Below are positions 11,001-21,471 of a stretch of DNA of 64,000 nt, one piece after another; position 1 is the first letter of the stretch, and the number at the start of each line of letters is the position of its first letter. The notes below the pieces were generated by a model, which ran no database searches, was not told the DNA's origin, and saw nothing but the letters and a program-made list of their open reading frames with translations. The position numbers and the translations under genes were made by a program. The stretch comes from Mobula hypostoma (lineage: Eukaryota): the NCBI RefSeq assembly GCF_963921235.1, contig NC_086101.1:15686001-15750000 (forward strand), given 5' to 3'.

Positions 11001-14000
11001 TGTGTTGTCAGAGCCGCCTTCTTACATACACAGATACATAGCAGCAGAGGTCCAATTGGCAGCAAGAAGCTGCAGGGAACGAGGTTTCCACCATTACCTA
11101 ACCTCTCGCGTTTTATCCACGCTGCAGGTTTACCTGGACAGGGCAGCGGAGAATGACGCCTACGTCACAAAGATTCACTGCACGGCTCACTTGGAGGGCT
11201 GTGACTGGGTCGGTTCGCTGCGGAACTACCTGGTAAGTCTCTGTGCTGGGTGGGGGTGGTGGGGTATGGACTGAAACTCCCAGAGGGGATGGGATGCAAG
11301 GAGAAAGGGGGCCGGAGGAAGTAATACCAACTCCTGCCACTAGGTGGCCAGCAGGGACTGCCAGTGGAGTCCACTGGGTCCACATGCCCGCAGGGTTCGA
11401 AACCGGTGGGAATGCGGGAGTGATTCAACGGGTCTCCAGCTGAAATGGGAGGAGGGGCAGCCCGCTTGTAGCAGGTAGTCCTGCTGTCTCACAGATCCTC
11501 ATTGGGATTGATCCTGACTTCTGGTGCTGTGTTTATGTGTGTGTGTGTGTTTTTAGTTCTCTCTCAAACTCCCACATCAGTGGGTCGGTGTGTTAATCAG
11601 CCACTGTAAATGGCCTTACTGTGAGGAGGTTGGAGGAAAGTATGAGGGGTGGGGTTGTCAGATTTAAATTCTTTACAGGGAGAGTGATAGGCCTATGGAA
11701 TGCATTGCCAGTGGTGGTGGTAGAGGCAGAGAGATCAGATGTCTCCCCGGTACATGTTACATGAATGATAGAAAAATGGAAGCATATGTAGGAGGGAGGG
11801 GTTAGATTGATTGTAGAGTAGGTTAAAAGGATCGTGGGCTGAATGGACAGTACTGTTCTGTATTCTATTTTCTATAAGTGGAATAAAGTCAAAGACTAGA
11901 GTTGAGTTCATTGTCACATCCACAAGTACACTTAGGCACAGGTGCAGTGAAAACTTTCCCTACAGCAGCCTCACAGGCACGTAGCATCAGATAAACAGGA
12001 TTCACAGGAGGAACAAAATTATAAACATAAATTATACATGAAAGAACGGACAAAAGGTCCATTGTAGTGCTGGGATTGTTTTGAGAGCTGACAGAGAGAC
12101 AGTGGGTCGAATATCCTCTATCTGTGCCGTGACGAGAAGAAAACTGAGAAATTCACCCCTCTACTGATCGAAAAACAGCAGATCACCTGCCGTATCAGTA
12201 ATAGTGGGAGCTTACTGTGCTTCTGTCTTCCAACAAGTACCTGCTGAAAACTCATGGGTGTTCCCGGCAAGCCCAACAGTAATGCCAGAGATGATGACCT
12301 CCAGAGCATTTCAAAACTCTAACCCTAACTCAAAATCTCATCACCTGGTCTGCAGAGCAGGTAGAACCGGTCCTTCCGAGAGATACACTCTCTTTAGAAC
12401 AGAGATGAGGAGGAATTTATTGGTGATTCTGTGGCACTTACTGCCACGTACGGCTGTGAAGGCCGAGTCAGTGAGTATATTTAAAGCAGAGGTTGATTGG
12501 TACTTCATTAGAGAAGGCATTAGTGATTAGCATTACCCCTAGTTGGGCACTGGGGTGGACTCATTGGGCACACAATCCCTGGCACAGCGGCAGCGTGGTT
12601 CGCATAGAACACAACCTTTTACTTGTGTAGATATGAGTTTTATACTTATTGATCATTTTTGGTCTCTCTCTTCCCTCTGCTTTTCTCTTTTGTGCTCTTC
12701 CTCATCTTTGTTTCTCTTTTTCTCTGTTTCTTCCTAACTCTCTCTCCTTCTCTTAATTTATACTCCTTCCTAAACACTTTTCTCTATTTTCACTCTCTCA
12801 TTTCCTTACACTTTCTTTCTTTCTATTCTGTTTTTCTTTCTCTTTATTTCATCCATTCTTTTTCTATCTGTCCTCTCTCGATTATCCTTTCCTTCTTGCT
12901 CTCTCTTCTTTTGCTTTTTCCTCTTTCTTGCTTCGCCATGCTTTTTCTCACATTCTTTCCCTCTCCTCTCTCTCTTTTCATCCTTCCTATTTCATTCTCA
13001 TTCTCTCTTTCCCTCTCTCATTTATTTTCCTTGATTTCACTTTTCCCTACTTTCTCTCTTTTCTGTCTCTTTCTCTCTCTCCTTTTCTTGTTCTCTCTCT
13101 CCTCATTCATTTTCTTTATCCCACTCTTATTCGCTCAACCCCTCCTCTCTTCTCCCCCTCCCCTCCTCTCTCTCTTTGTCTTCCCCCTCCCCTCCGCACT
13201 CTCCCTGGCTTCTCTCTCATGCAGCGTACACACCGAGCACAGTGTGGTTTCCAGGTCCTGCCCTGTGCCAATGTGGCATTTGGCTGCGAGGCTGTCGGCC
13301 CCAGGAAGGACATGTTGGTTCACGAGACCCAGCAGTGCGAGTGGCGGATGGAGCGTTGCCCCCGTTGTGAGACGTTCTGCATCCACAAGCTTCTGGAGGT
13401 GGGGTGTGTGCGCTGGCTCTCAGCTTCAAAACCCAGTGCTGTAGTGCCGTCCCAAACTACTTCCTCGGTGCAAGAGCTAAGGGAAGGTGATGGGAATTTT
13501 AGAAACAGACCAGGTTGGGGAAAACCAAGGAAGTTCCAGAGTTTGGGAGCTAAGTTGGTGGAGGCGTGGACTTCAGTGGTGGAGTGATGAAACTCGGGGA
13601 TGTATAGAGATAGAGACTGCGAGTCAGAGAGGAGAGAGAGTGTCTCCGGACAGACAAGGTGGAGAAATGAGTGAGAGTAGGGAAGGGAGAGGTGGGAGAG
13701 AGGGAAAGGGTTGGAATGAGAAGGGAGGGAGATGGTGGAAGGTGAGGGATGTGGGGGGAGCAGCACAAGATGGGAGAGAGGGTGGAGGGTGAATGAGTGG
13801 GGGTGAGAGAGGTGGAGGAAGCTGGAAGAGATAGGGGGTAGGGTGAGGAAGCAGAGGAGAGAGAGGAGTTGGGGAAAAGTGGGAGGTGGGGGTGGAGGAT
13901 GGGTGAGGGGTTGTGGAAGGGGGAGGGAGGTTGCCTAGGGTCAAGGAGGAAAAGAGAGGGCTCCGGATGAGGGGGACAGAGGAGGGAAGTGAGAGATAAG

Positions 14001-17000
14001 GCAGAGGAGGTGGTAGGGTGGGGAGAGGGGGAATGGGAGCGAGAACAGATAGGGAACCTGTGTGTCACACTGCCACAGCACCAAGGCGTGAGGTGGGAAT
14101 CACAGGGCAATGGAGTTCTGGGTATCGGGGTTCTAGACACTGCGGGTTAGGAGACTGGGTCGGAGGAAGTAGGAATGGAGGGGTGAGAAATGACTGGGCA
14201 AGGGTACAGGGACCAGGAGTCCAGCATGAGGGGACCCTGGTGCTTGATCCTGCTCGCATCCCTTTTTAGTTAACCGCACCCTGAAGGGCCCTATTCCCAA
14301 CCCGACGGCCCTGCCTCCGAGTCCTTGTCCAAGCGGTAACGTTACTGACCCTCCCCCCACCTCTCCCACACACATGCGTCGTGTACTGTGTCCGTCTGCA
14401 GCCTATAATACAGTCGACCTCCTGTCTCTGTTTTCCAGGACCACATGGCAACGTGTGGAAAACAGGAGAGCTGCCCTCTCTGTGGCCAGGCCGACTTGAC
14501 AAAGACGGAGGTAAGAATCCATTAATGAGAGATCCCTGCACGGCCACCACTCTGGCCCTGTAACTTCCTGGGTACTGTCTGTCTGGAGTTTGCACGTCCT
14601 ACCTGTGACCATGTGGTTTCACCACCACCCCCACCCTCTGTGGTGGTCAGGTGGGGGGTGGGGGGGGGAGGCGGGTAAGTGTAGGTGTTGATTGGCTTGT
14701 AAGGATGAATAGGTTACAGCGAAATAAATGGAGGATTGGGTCAGATTGGTTTATCTGAGAGCTAGTATAGCGTCAATGGGCAAAATGGCCCCGCTTCTAT
14801 GTCACAATAAATATAAGAATGTGATTCCTTCAGGGAGGGGATTAGGTTGGATTGAATGACATGCAAGCTAGTATGGAGTCAATGGGTTGAATGGCCTCTC
14901 TTCTATGCCACAAGGAAGATTCCTTCAGGGAAGTGCATCTGCCTTCCGTTTCCCGTCGGAACATTCCCCGTGTGACGCCAGACCCAGCAATATGATTGGC
15001 TCTGGGGAAAATGGGGATAGATAATAAATACCAAAGTTAAACTTGTGTTTCTTGTCGTCTGCGCAAGTATGTCCAGGTGCAAAGAAAACTTGTATCAGCA
15101 TCACAGGTACATAATGGCTGGCACAACACTTTATAGTGCCAGTGACCCGGGTTCAATTCCGTCGCTGTCTGTAAGGAGATTGCATGCTTTCCCCGTGACT
15201 GCGTGGGTTTCCTCCTGGTTCTCCGGTTGCTTGCCATATTCCCAAGATGTTAGGGTTAGGCTTAGTGAGTCATGGGAGTTTTCCAATCACCACCACTTCT
15301 TCAGACTGCGTTGATTGTTGATGCAAACAATGCATTTCACAGTTTAGATGCAACGAATAAAGCTAATCTATAATCTTTATACCAGGTAGGCAGTAATCAC
15401 AAGAAAAACTTAAAATAATTATAAACTATACATGAAAGGTCACAATTAGAACAAAAGAGGTCCATTATAGTGCAAAGTGGTCATGGTGTTGCTGTGTTGA
15501 GGTAGTGATGAGGGTTGTGCAGGTTGGTTCAAGGACCGAATGGTTGAAGGGAAGGAGTAGCTGTTCTTGGACTTGTTGATGTGGGACTTCCGGCTTCTGT
15601 ACCTCCTGCCCGAGGCAGCACCTTCTGTAGGTACTCCTGAATGGTGGGGAGGGATGTACCCGTGATGTACTGGCCAGAGTCCACTACTCTGCATTTGAAT
15701 AGCATGACAGAGCAGGATGTAACCAGTCAGGACACTTTGAATGATACATCCCAGAATGAAACCAATGGCAGCCTCTATTGTCCCATGGGTGGTGGGGTTG
15801 AGCTGCCTCCTTGGGGAAACCTTTGGCTTCTTGAGACGGCATTATAGATAGCGATGTAAATATCCTGTGAGATGTCAGAGGAATTTGACCTGTTTCGTGT
15901 AAGTGTAACAGTTTGGATCACTCTTGCTGACGCAAACCCTTTACATTTATTTCTCTCTTACAGTTGGAACAACACTGTGACCCCCTCCATGGCAACTGTC
16001 CCAAGGTGAAGGTGGCCTGTCCCTTTAAGGATGTCGGCTGTCTGGAACAGGTTAGTATCCTTGTGTGCACGTCAGCTGATCTCCGCTCCGAAGCCCAGGT
16101 ATGAAGTGCTTCTGAGTGGACACAGAATCAAATGGCACTGCAGAATCAGAATCAGATTCATAATGTTGTGAAAGTTTTTGCAAGACGTAAAATTTGCTAT
16201 AAGTTATGAAAATACATAATTAAATAGTGCCAAAAGAGGAGTATCAAGATTGCGCTCGTGGCTTCAGAAATATGATTGCAGAGGGTTCCTAAAATGTCGT
16301 GTGCTCCTGTATCCCCTCCCTGATGGTAGAATCAGCTTGTCCCGAATGGTGAGGGTCCTGCGCAGTGATGCTGCCTTCCTGAGGCATCGCATCTTGAAGA
16401 CGTCCCTGATGCTGGGGAGGGTCGTGCCCATCGTGGAGCTGGTGGAGTCCACGACCGTCTGTAGCGTCTTTCTGTCCCGTACAATGGGGCCTCCGTCCTG
16501 GGCGGTGATGCACCCAGTCAGAGCGCTCTTCACCGTGAGTCTGTAGGAATTCACTAGGGTCTTTGGTGACAGATGAAATCTCTTCAGACTCCTAACGAAT
16601 TCTAGCCACTGGTGATTGTATCAATGTGTTGGGTCCAGGACAGACCCTCTGAGATGTTGAATCTAGGAACGTGACGCGGCTCATCCTTTCCACCGTTGAC
16701 CCCGCCCCGCCATCACTTGGCCTTGCTGACATTGAGTAGCGTAGAAGCGACACTAACTGCATCTCACTCCCTGTACGCCTCCTCCTACTGGCCCCCTCTG
16801 ACCCTCAGTGTCTGTGTTGAACACAATTATAGCCGATCTGTCTGTGTAATCCATTTCCCTCCATTCCCTATTTGTATTCATTTATCCAAAAAAAAGTGTG
16901 TTAAAGCCCCTACTTGTATCTGCCTCTGTCACTACCCCAGCAGGCCATTCCATCCCTGGCTGTAAAAATCCCCTCAATTTAAATGCACGTAAATTGACCT

Positions 17001-18283
17001 TCGACCCTGGGAAGTAGATTTTGGCTGGCTACTCAATCTATGTCTCTCATAAATTTCTAAACCTTTACCACGGTCTCCTCTCAGCCACTGGTCTTCCAGA
17101 GAAAGTTACCCAATTTTGTCCAACCTCTCCTGACAGCTCATACCTGCTAAGCCAGGAAGCATCCTCGTGAAGTTCTTCTACACCCTCTCCACAGACTCCA
17201 GGTCTCCTCGCCCAGAACTGCGCATGATATCCCCAAGTGAAAACCGTTATTCAGTTTCCAGACTTTTATACAGAATTCCCTGCCAATATTAACCGTTTCT
17301 CTCTCCACAGAGTTGCGTGTTTTTATTTCGGATAGACTCTGATGTTCCTTTGCTCTTTTGTTTCTCCCACCCTGCCCCCTCAGTTTCACCGGGAGGATCT
17401 GAACGAGCACCTCCGAGTTGCCCAGCAGACTCACCTCCTGCAGGTCCTGTCCCTCGCCACCAGCCTGAGATCCGAGAGAACCTGCGGCGGGGACGCGCCC
17501 CTGGAGCCCGCTGAGAAGGCCGGGAGGATGCTGACGGCCGAGCCCTCCAGGGAGTTGGACGGCAACGCCGAGCCAGAGCCGGGAGTTGCCGCGGACCGGG
17601 GCCTGCAGGCCCTGGAGGGCCGGGCCGACGGCCTGGAGAGGTCGGTGCGCAGCCTGAACGGGGAGCTGGACCGCTACGCCCAGGTGATCGAGGCACTGCA
17701 GCAGAAGTGCCTCCACCTCGAGCAGACCATTCACGCCCTGCAGAAGAAGCCAGGACTGCGCTCAGCAGAGCTGTCAGCGCAGGCAGGCCTGGCTTTCCCC
17801 ACCCCGCCCCTCAGCACCAACGGCGTCCTGGTCTGGAAGATCAAAGACTTTTCCGCGAAGATGGCGGCAGCCAAGGCAGGACAGCGGCCGTCCTTCTACT
17901 CGCCGCACTTCACCACCCACCCTTTCGGCTACCGCCTCTGCTGCCGGGTCTACCCCAACGGCGACGGCGCTGGCAAGGGCAGCCACCTCTCCCTTTTCCT
18001 GGCGCTGGTGCGGGGCGACTATGACGAGGTTCTGCCCTGGCCCTTCCGGCAGAAGGTCACCTTCCTGCTGCTGGACCAGGCCGGCCAGCGGCACCTGCGG
18101 GAGTCCTTCTCGCCCGACCCGCTGAGCAGCTCCTTCCAGAAGCCGCGGAGCCACATGAACGTGGCCAGCGGCTGCCCCACCTTCGCCCGGCACGAGCTCT
18201 TCCAGAAGGGGCCCAGCCAGTACCTCAGGAACGACACCATCTACATCAAGGTGATGGTGGATCCCATGGGACTGCAGCTGTGA
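4943..18283 (+). CDS. TNF receptor-associated factor, divergent TRAF3/5/2-like (whole coding span, ~495 aa recovered plus a probable missing exon)
   Basis: Six exons with GT-AG boundaries encode RING, TRAF zinc fingers, coiled coil and MATH/TRAF-C in the canonical order; the last five join in phase 0. Confidence 0.93.
5520..6110 (-). mobile_element. Rex1/Babar-like fragments in TRAF intron 1
   Basis: Reverse complement of 'cctgaagacccacactcaacatt...aagctgcggagggttgcaaac'; ends in an (ATGACT)n tail. Confidence 0.5.
7560..7626. repeat. Degenerate (CTAT/CTAC)n microsatellite
   Basis: 'tctatctacctccctctatctatccacctaccttcatctatctatctacctatc'. Confidence 0.6.
8345..8850. repeat. Degenerate ~55-70 bp minisatellite, ~8 units
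   Basis: Recurring 'aataatggat..ccaggagtga(g/a)ttacag..tggaat.ta.ttg.ggagttc..g.ggtttata.a.ag'. Confidence 0.7.
11128..11232 (+). CDS. TRAF exon (post-RING linker, first Zn finger start)
   Basis: ctgcag|[35 protein letters not shown]|gtaagt; 105 nt, phase 0-0; resembles TRAF2 AFPDNAARRE...GCTWKGTLKEY. Confidence 0.88.
12610..13220 (+). repeat. ~600 bp CT-rich polypyrimidine low-complexity tract
   Basis: Almost purine-free on the + strand, ending at the acceptor of exon 13225. Confidence 0.9.
13225..13398 (+). CDS. TRAF zinc-finger exon
   Basis: atgcag|[58 protein letters not shown]|gtgggg; 174 nt, phase 0-0. Confidence 0.9.
13610..14045 (+). repeat. ~430 bp GA-rich polypurine low-complexity tract
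   Basis: Dominated by GGA/GAG/GGG runs. Confidence 0.85.
14439..14510 (+). CDS. TRAF zinc-finger exon
   Basis: ttttccag|[24 protein letters not shown]|gtaaga; 72 nt, phase 0-0. Confidence 0.88.
15110..15370 (+). mobile_element. tRNA-derived SINE (V-SINE-like)
   Basis: Pol III B-box-like GGTTCAATTCC at ~15151, then 'ctgtaaggagattgcatgctttccccgtgactgcgtgggtttcctcc'. Confidence 0.65.
15964..16050 (+). CDS. TRAF zinc-finger exon
   Basis: ctcttacag|[29 protein letters not shown]|gttagt; 87 nt, phase 0-0. Confidence 0.88.
16130..16720 (-). mobile_element. Rex1/Babar-like 3' fragment
   Basis: ORF 16264-16554 (-) '...[13 protein letters not shown]...RKTLQTVVD...[19 protein letters not shown]...LPSGRGYRS'; (ATTCTG)n tail. 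Confidence 0.7.
17384..18283 (+). CDS. TRAF terminal exon (end of Zn finger, coiled coil, MATH/TRAF-C domain)
   Basis: ccctcag| then 299 aa + TGA; contains [72 protein letters not shown]. Confidence 0.97.
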   Translation, partial: FHREDLNEHLRVAQQTHLLQVLSLATSLRSERTCGGDAPLEPAEKAGRMLTAEPSRELDGNAEPEPGVAADRGLQALEGRADGLERSVRSLNGELDRYAQVIEALQQKCLHLEQTIHALQKKPGLRSAELSAQAGLAFPTPPLSTNGVLVWKIKDFSAKMAAAKAGQRPSFYSPHFTTHPFGYRLCCRVYPNGDGAGKGSHLSLFLALVRGDYDEVLPWPFRQKVTFLLLDQAGQRHLRESFSPDPLSSSFQKPRSHMNVASGCPTFARHELFQKGPSQYLRNDTIYIKVMVDPMGLQL

Positions 18284-18659
18284 GATGGTGGGAGATGGGG
18301 AGTGTCCCCAGGTGTGAAATCATCTGCCTGAGTGGAAACAACCCTTGATATCTCACTCTCCGGTGTGACGGCATGGAGGGAGCTTTACTCCGCATTTACT
18401 CCCTCTTGGGAACAGGTAACAGGGTAGAGTAGAGGGGACTTCACTCTGGGACAGTGCAGAGGGAGTATTCCCATATATCTAATTCATGCTGCCTCAAACT
18501 TGTATCATGTAACCGGGCGGTGTAAAGGAAGCTGTGCACCGTATCTAACATGTCCCTGCCCTGGGAGTGTGCACTGGGACATTGTGGAGGGAGATTTGCC
18601 CCGGTGCGACCTGTGTTACCCCTGCGCTGGAGGTAGAGTACTGTGGAAGAGTCATAGGC

Positions 18660-19040
18660 ACGCTGGAGTGTTTATATGGTTTCAGACGGAATGGCCATTC
18701 ACAGAGCCCCAATCTCAACATCATTGAGGCTGTCTGGGATTACCTGCAGAGACAGCAGTACAGCCAAACTCTGCAGAAGAACTGTGATAAGATCTCCAGG
18801 ATGCTTGGAGCAACCTACCAGTCAATTTTCTCTTAAAACTGATTGACAATGTACCTGACAAAATTGATGCAGTTTTAAAGGCATCAAATATTGATTTGAT
18901 TTAGTTTTTTTTTTAAACCGTTTAGTGCTTTTTGTAGTAATTTTTTTTGATATTTAGAAACTTTTCAATTCATTATTTTTGAGAGCTTCTACTCTTTACA
19001 GATTTTTTTTGCACGTGCCTAAGACTTTTGCACGGTACTG
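18660..19040 (+). mobile_element. Tc1 transposon 3' fragment
   Basis: 'W PFTEPQS/ SPNLNIIEAVWDYL' resembles the Tc1 WPxQSPDLNPIExxW motif; terminus '...aagacttttgcacggtactg' followed by TA. Confidence 0.7.
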
Positions 19041-19044
19041 TAAG

Positions 19045-19720
19045 TATCAGGCCAGTGTAGAGGGATCTGTGTATCAGACGTCTGCTGTCTCAGTCCTTTA
19101 GATATGTAATGAGGCAGTGTGAACTTTGCTTTGTGCCTCACCTATACCGTCCCTATTTAAGGAATGTGTAATGGGACAGTGTAGAGGGAGCTTCACTCTG
19201 TATCTAATTTATTTTTAATATTATCAGACTATTTCCGAAAGCAGTGGCCATAGTGCATCTCTGTAGTAGTTTTAAAAAGACTGGGGATTACGAACAGAGT
19301 TTTAAAATCTGCCTGCCACTCAGAGTCATACCTCATTGTAACAGGAAGCATATCTTTAGAGAACTTTATTAGTGAGCTTTTCAGAGGAACGACAGAACAA
19401 GGGATGAGGTTCCACAGTATCTGCTGTTGGTGTGGGCGTGTCTGAGATGGGACTGTGTAGAGGGAGCTTTGCGGTGTCGTTAACCTGCATTGTCACTGTC
19501 TGGAAGGCTTTGATGGGACTGTGTAGAAGGGGGTTTCATCCACATCTAACCCTTCCCATCTCTGCCCTGGGAGCGGCAAAAGGAGAGTGATTTCTACTCT
19601 GTTTCTAATTCATGCTGTCCTTGAATACGTGTATCATGACGGCGTAGAAAATATATGCTCTGTACCATATGCCTGCCCCGGAACTGTGTGACAGGACAGT
19701 GCTGGGACCTATGCTGTGCT
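19045..19720. repeat. Dispersed degenerate ~60 bp satellite-like repeat (also 18330-18660, 20200-20290)
   Basis: Recurring 'gggacagtgtagagggagcttcactctgtatctaa...gtgctgt.cctgccctgggag'. Confidence 0.55.
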
Positions 19721-19759
19721 AAGCTAAATTGAATGGTGGCAAGGCTGACAAATGTAAGA

Positions 19760-20190
19760 TCAGCATTCAGTTCCTGCCGTTATCTGTAAAGGGTTTGTAC
19801 GCTCTCCCTGTGACTGTGTGGGTTCCCCCCCCCAGGAGATCCAGTTCCCTCCCACGTGCAAATTCGTACAGTTTAGGGTTCGTGGGCTGCGGGCTTGCTA
19901 CGATGGTGCCGGAAGCTTGGCGGAACTTGTGGGCTGCCTGGCACAATCCTCACGGATCTGATTTATGGACGGCACAGTAGTGTAGCGGTTAACGTTAAAT
20001 TATCATAGCACCAGGAACCCTGTAAGGAGTTTGTACGTTCTGCCGTGACCGTGTGGGTTTCCTCCGGGTGCTCCAGTTTCCTCCCACATTCCAAAGTCGA
20101 ACCGGTTAGTAGATAAATTGGTTCCATGGGTGAGACTGGGTGACATGAGCTCATTGGGCCGGAAGGGCCTGTATTGTGACGTGCCTCTAA
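19760..20190 (+). mobile_element. Two adjacent tRNA-derived SINE copies
   Basis: Two 'ctgtaa(a/g)g(g/a)gtttgtacg.tct...gtgac.gtgtgggtt(t)cc' cores at ~19785 and ~20020. Confidence 0.6.
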
Positions 20191-20639
20191 GCTAAGCTAA
20201 ATTATCCCTGTCAAGGAAGTACTATATCGGACCTATGCTGTCCGTGCCCAGGGAATATTTGACAGGAGCCTAACCTGTGCTGTCCGGATCAAGAAGGGAA
20301 GATTAATCTCCCTTTGCGCCACCCACCTCCCCTGCCCCAAAGGGGGAGCGAGACATGGGGAAGTTTAATGCTCAGTTTCTCTCTAGACTATTGGGTAGCC
20401 TGAACTCCAGGAGACGGCTGACTCTGGGACTCTGTTTACTGCACTTTAATCCTAATGATATCAAATTGTATTTATTTATTTATTGATGTGACTAATTTAT
20501 TGACTCTTGGATTTCTTTGTAATATTGCAAGTGCCGCGCTGAATGTCATTAAAAGTTCATAAAGATGATGGGCCTTTATGGAGTTATTGGAGTTGGTCTC
20601 TGATGTTGGGAGATGCGCACCCATCTATAAGTGGTACTG

Positions 20640-21020
20640 CAGCACACACGAGGTGCTGGAGGAACTCAGCAGGTCAGGCCGCATCTACGGAAATGAATAA
20701 ACAATCGATGTTTCGGGCCGACTCCCCTTCCTCAGGACTGAAAAACAAGGAGGAAGGTGCCAGAATAAAAAGGTGGTGTTGGTTGGGGGGGGGGGGTGAG
20801 GGAAAGGAAGATATCTGGAAGGTGATAGGTGAAGCCAGGTGGGTGGGAAAGGTAAAAGGCTGGAGAGGAAGGGATCTGAGAGGAGAGAGGACCATAGGAG
20901 AAAGGGAAGGAGGAAGAGAGCCAGAGGAAGTGATAGTCAGGTGAGGAGAAGAGGTAAAGGTCAGACTGGGGAATAAATTAAGTGAGAAGGGAGAGGGATT
21001 TTTTTTTACCAGAAAGAGAA
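20640..21020 (-). mobile_element. Penelope-like 3' terminus with hammerhead-like motif
   Basis: - strand 20740-20702 reads CAGTC CTGAGGA A GGG GAGTCGG CCC GAAAC ATC GATTG. Confidence 0.65.
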
Positions 21021-21471
21021 ATCAATATTCGTTTGTGTATGTTTGACATAACACCTAAAGCTTTGTCAAGCTTCTATAGAAGCACATTGGAGAGTATTCT
21101 AACTGTTTACATCATGGCCTGGTATGGAAACACCAGTGTCAAAAGTGGCAGATACAGCACGGTCCATCACAGGCAAAGCCCTCTCCACCTCTCAGCATGT
21201 CTACGAGGAGCACGGCCACAAAAATAGCAGCATCCGTCATCAAATACCTCAGCCACCCAGGCCAAGCTCTGCTCTCACTACGACCATTGGGCAGGACGTA
21301 CATGAGCCTCAGGTTCCTCACCACTGTTTTTAGTTTATAATCATCCGGCTCCTGAACTGGTGTAGATCACTTCAATCACCACTACTCTGAACGGATTCTC
21401 CAACCTACAGAATCACTTTCAAGGACTCCATTCCCAGTGTTATTTATATACATATACAGCACACACATATA

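Noticed and set aside
12659-13444. 261-aa hydrophobic 'membrane protein' ORF
   Set aside because: Translation of a CT-rich low-complexity tract (F/L/S); the real exon inside it is in another frame (13225-13398).
13487-14140. Pro/Ser-rich and Gly/Glu/Arg-rich ORFs
   Set aside because: Artefacts of the GA-rich tract on both strands.
15110-15170. tRNA gene
   Set aside because: Only a B-box-like motif in a SINE head; no cloverleaf.
17147-18240. Several overlapping antisense and alternative-frame ORFs
   Set aside because: Shadows of the GC-rich TRAF terminal exon.
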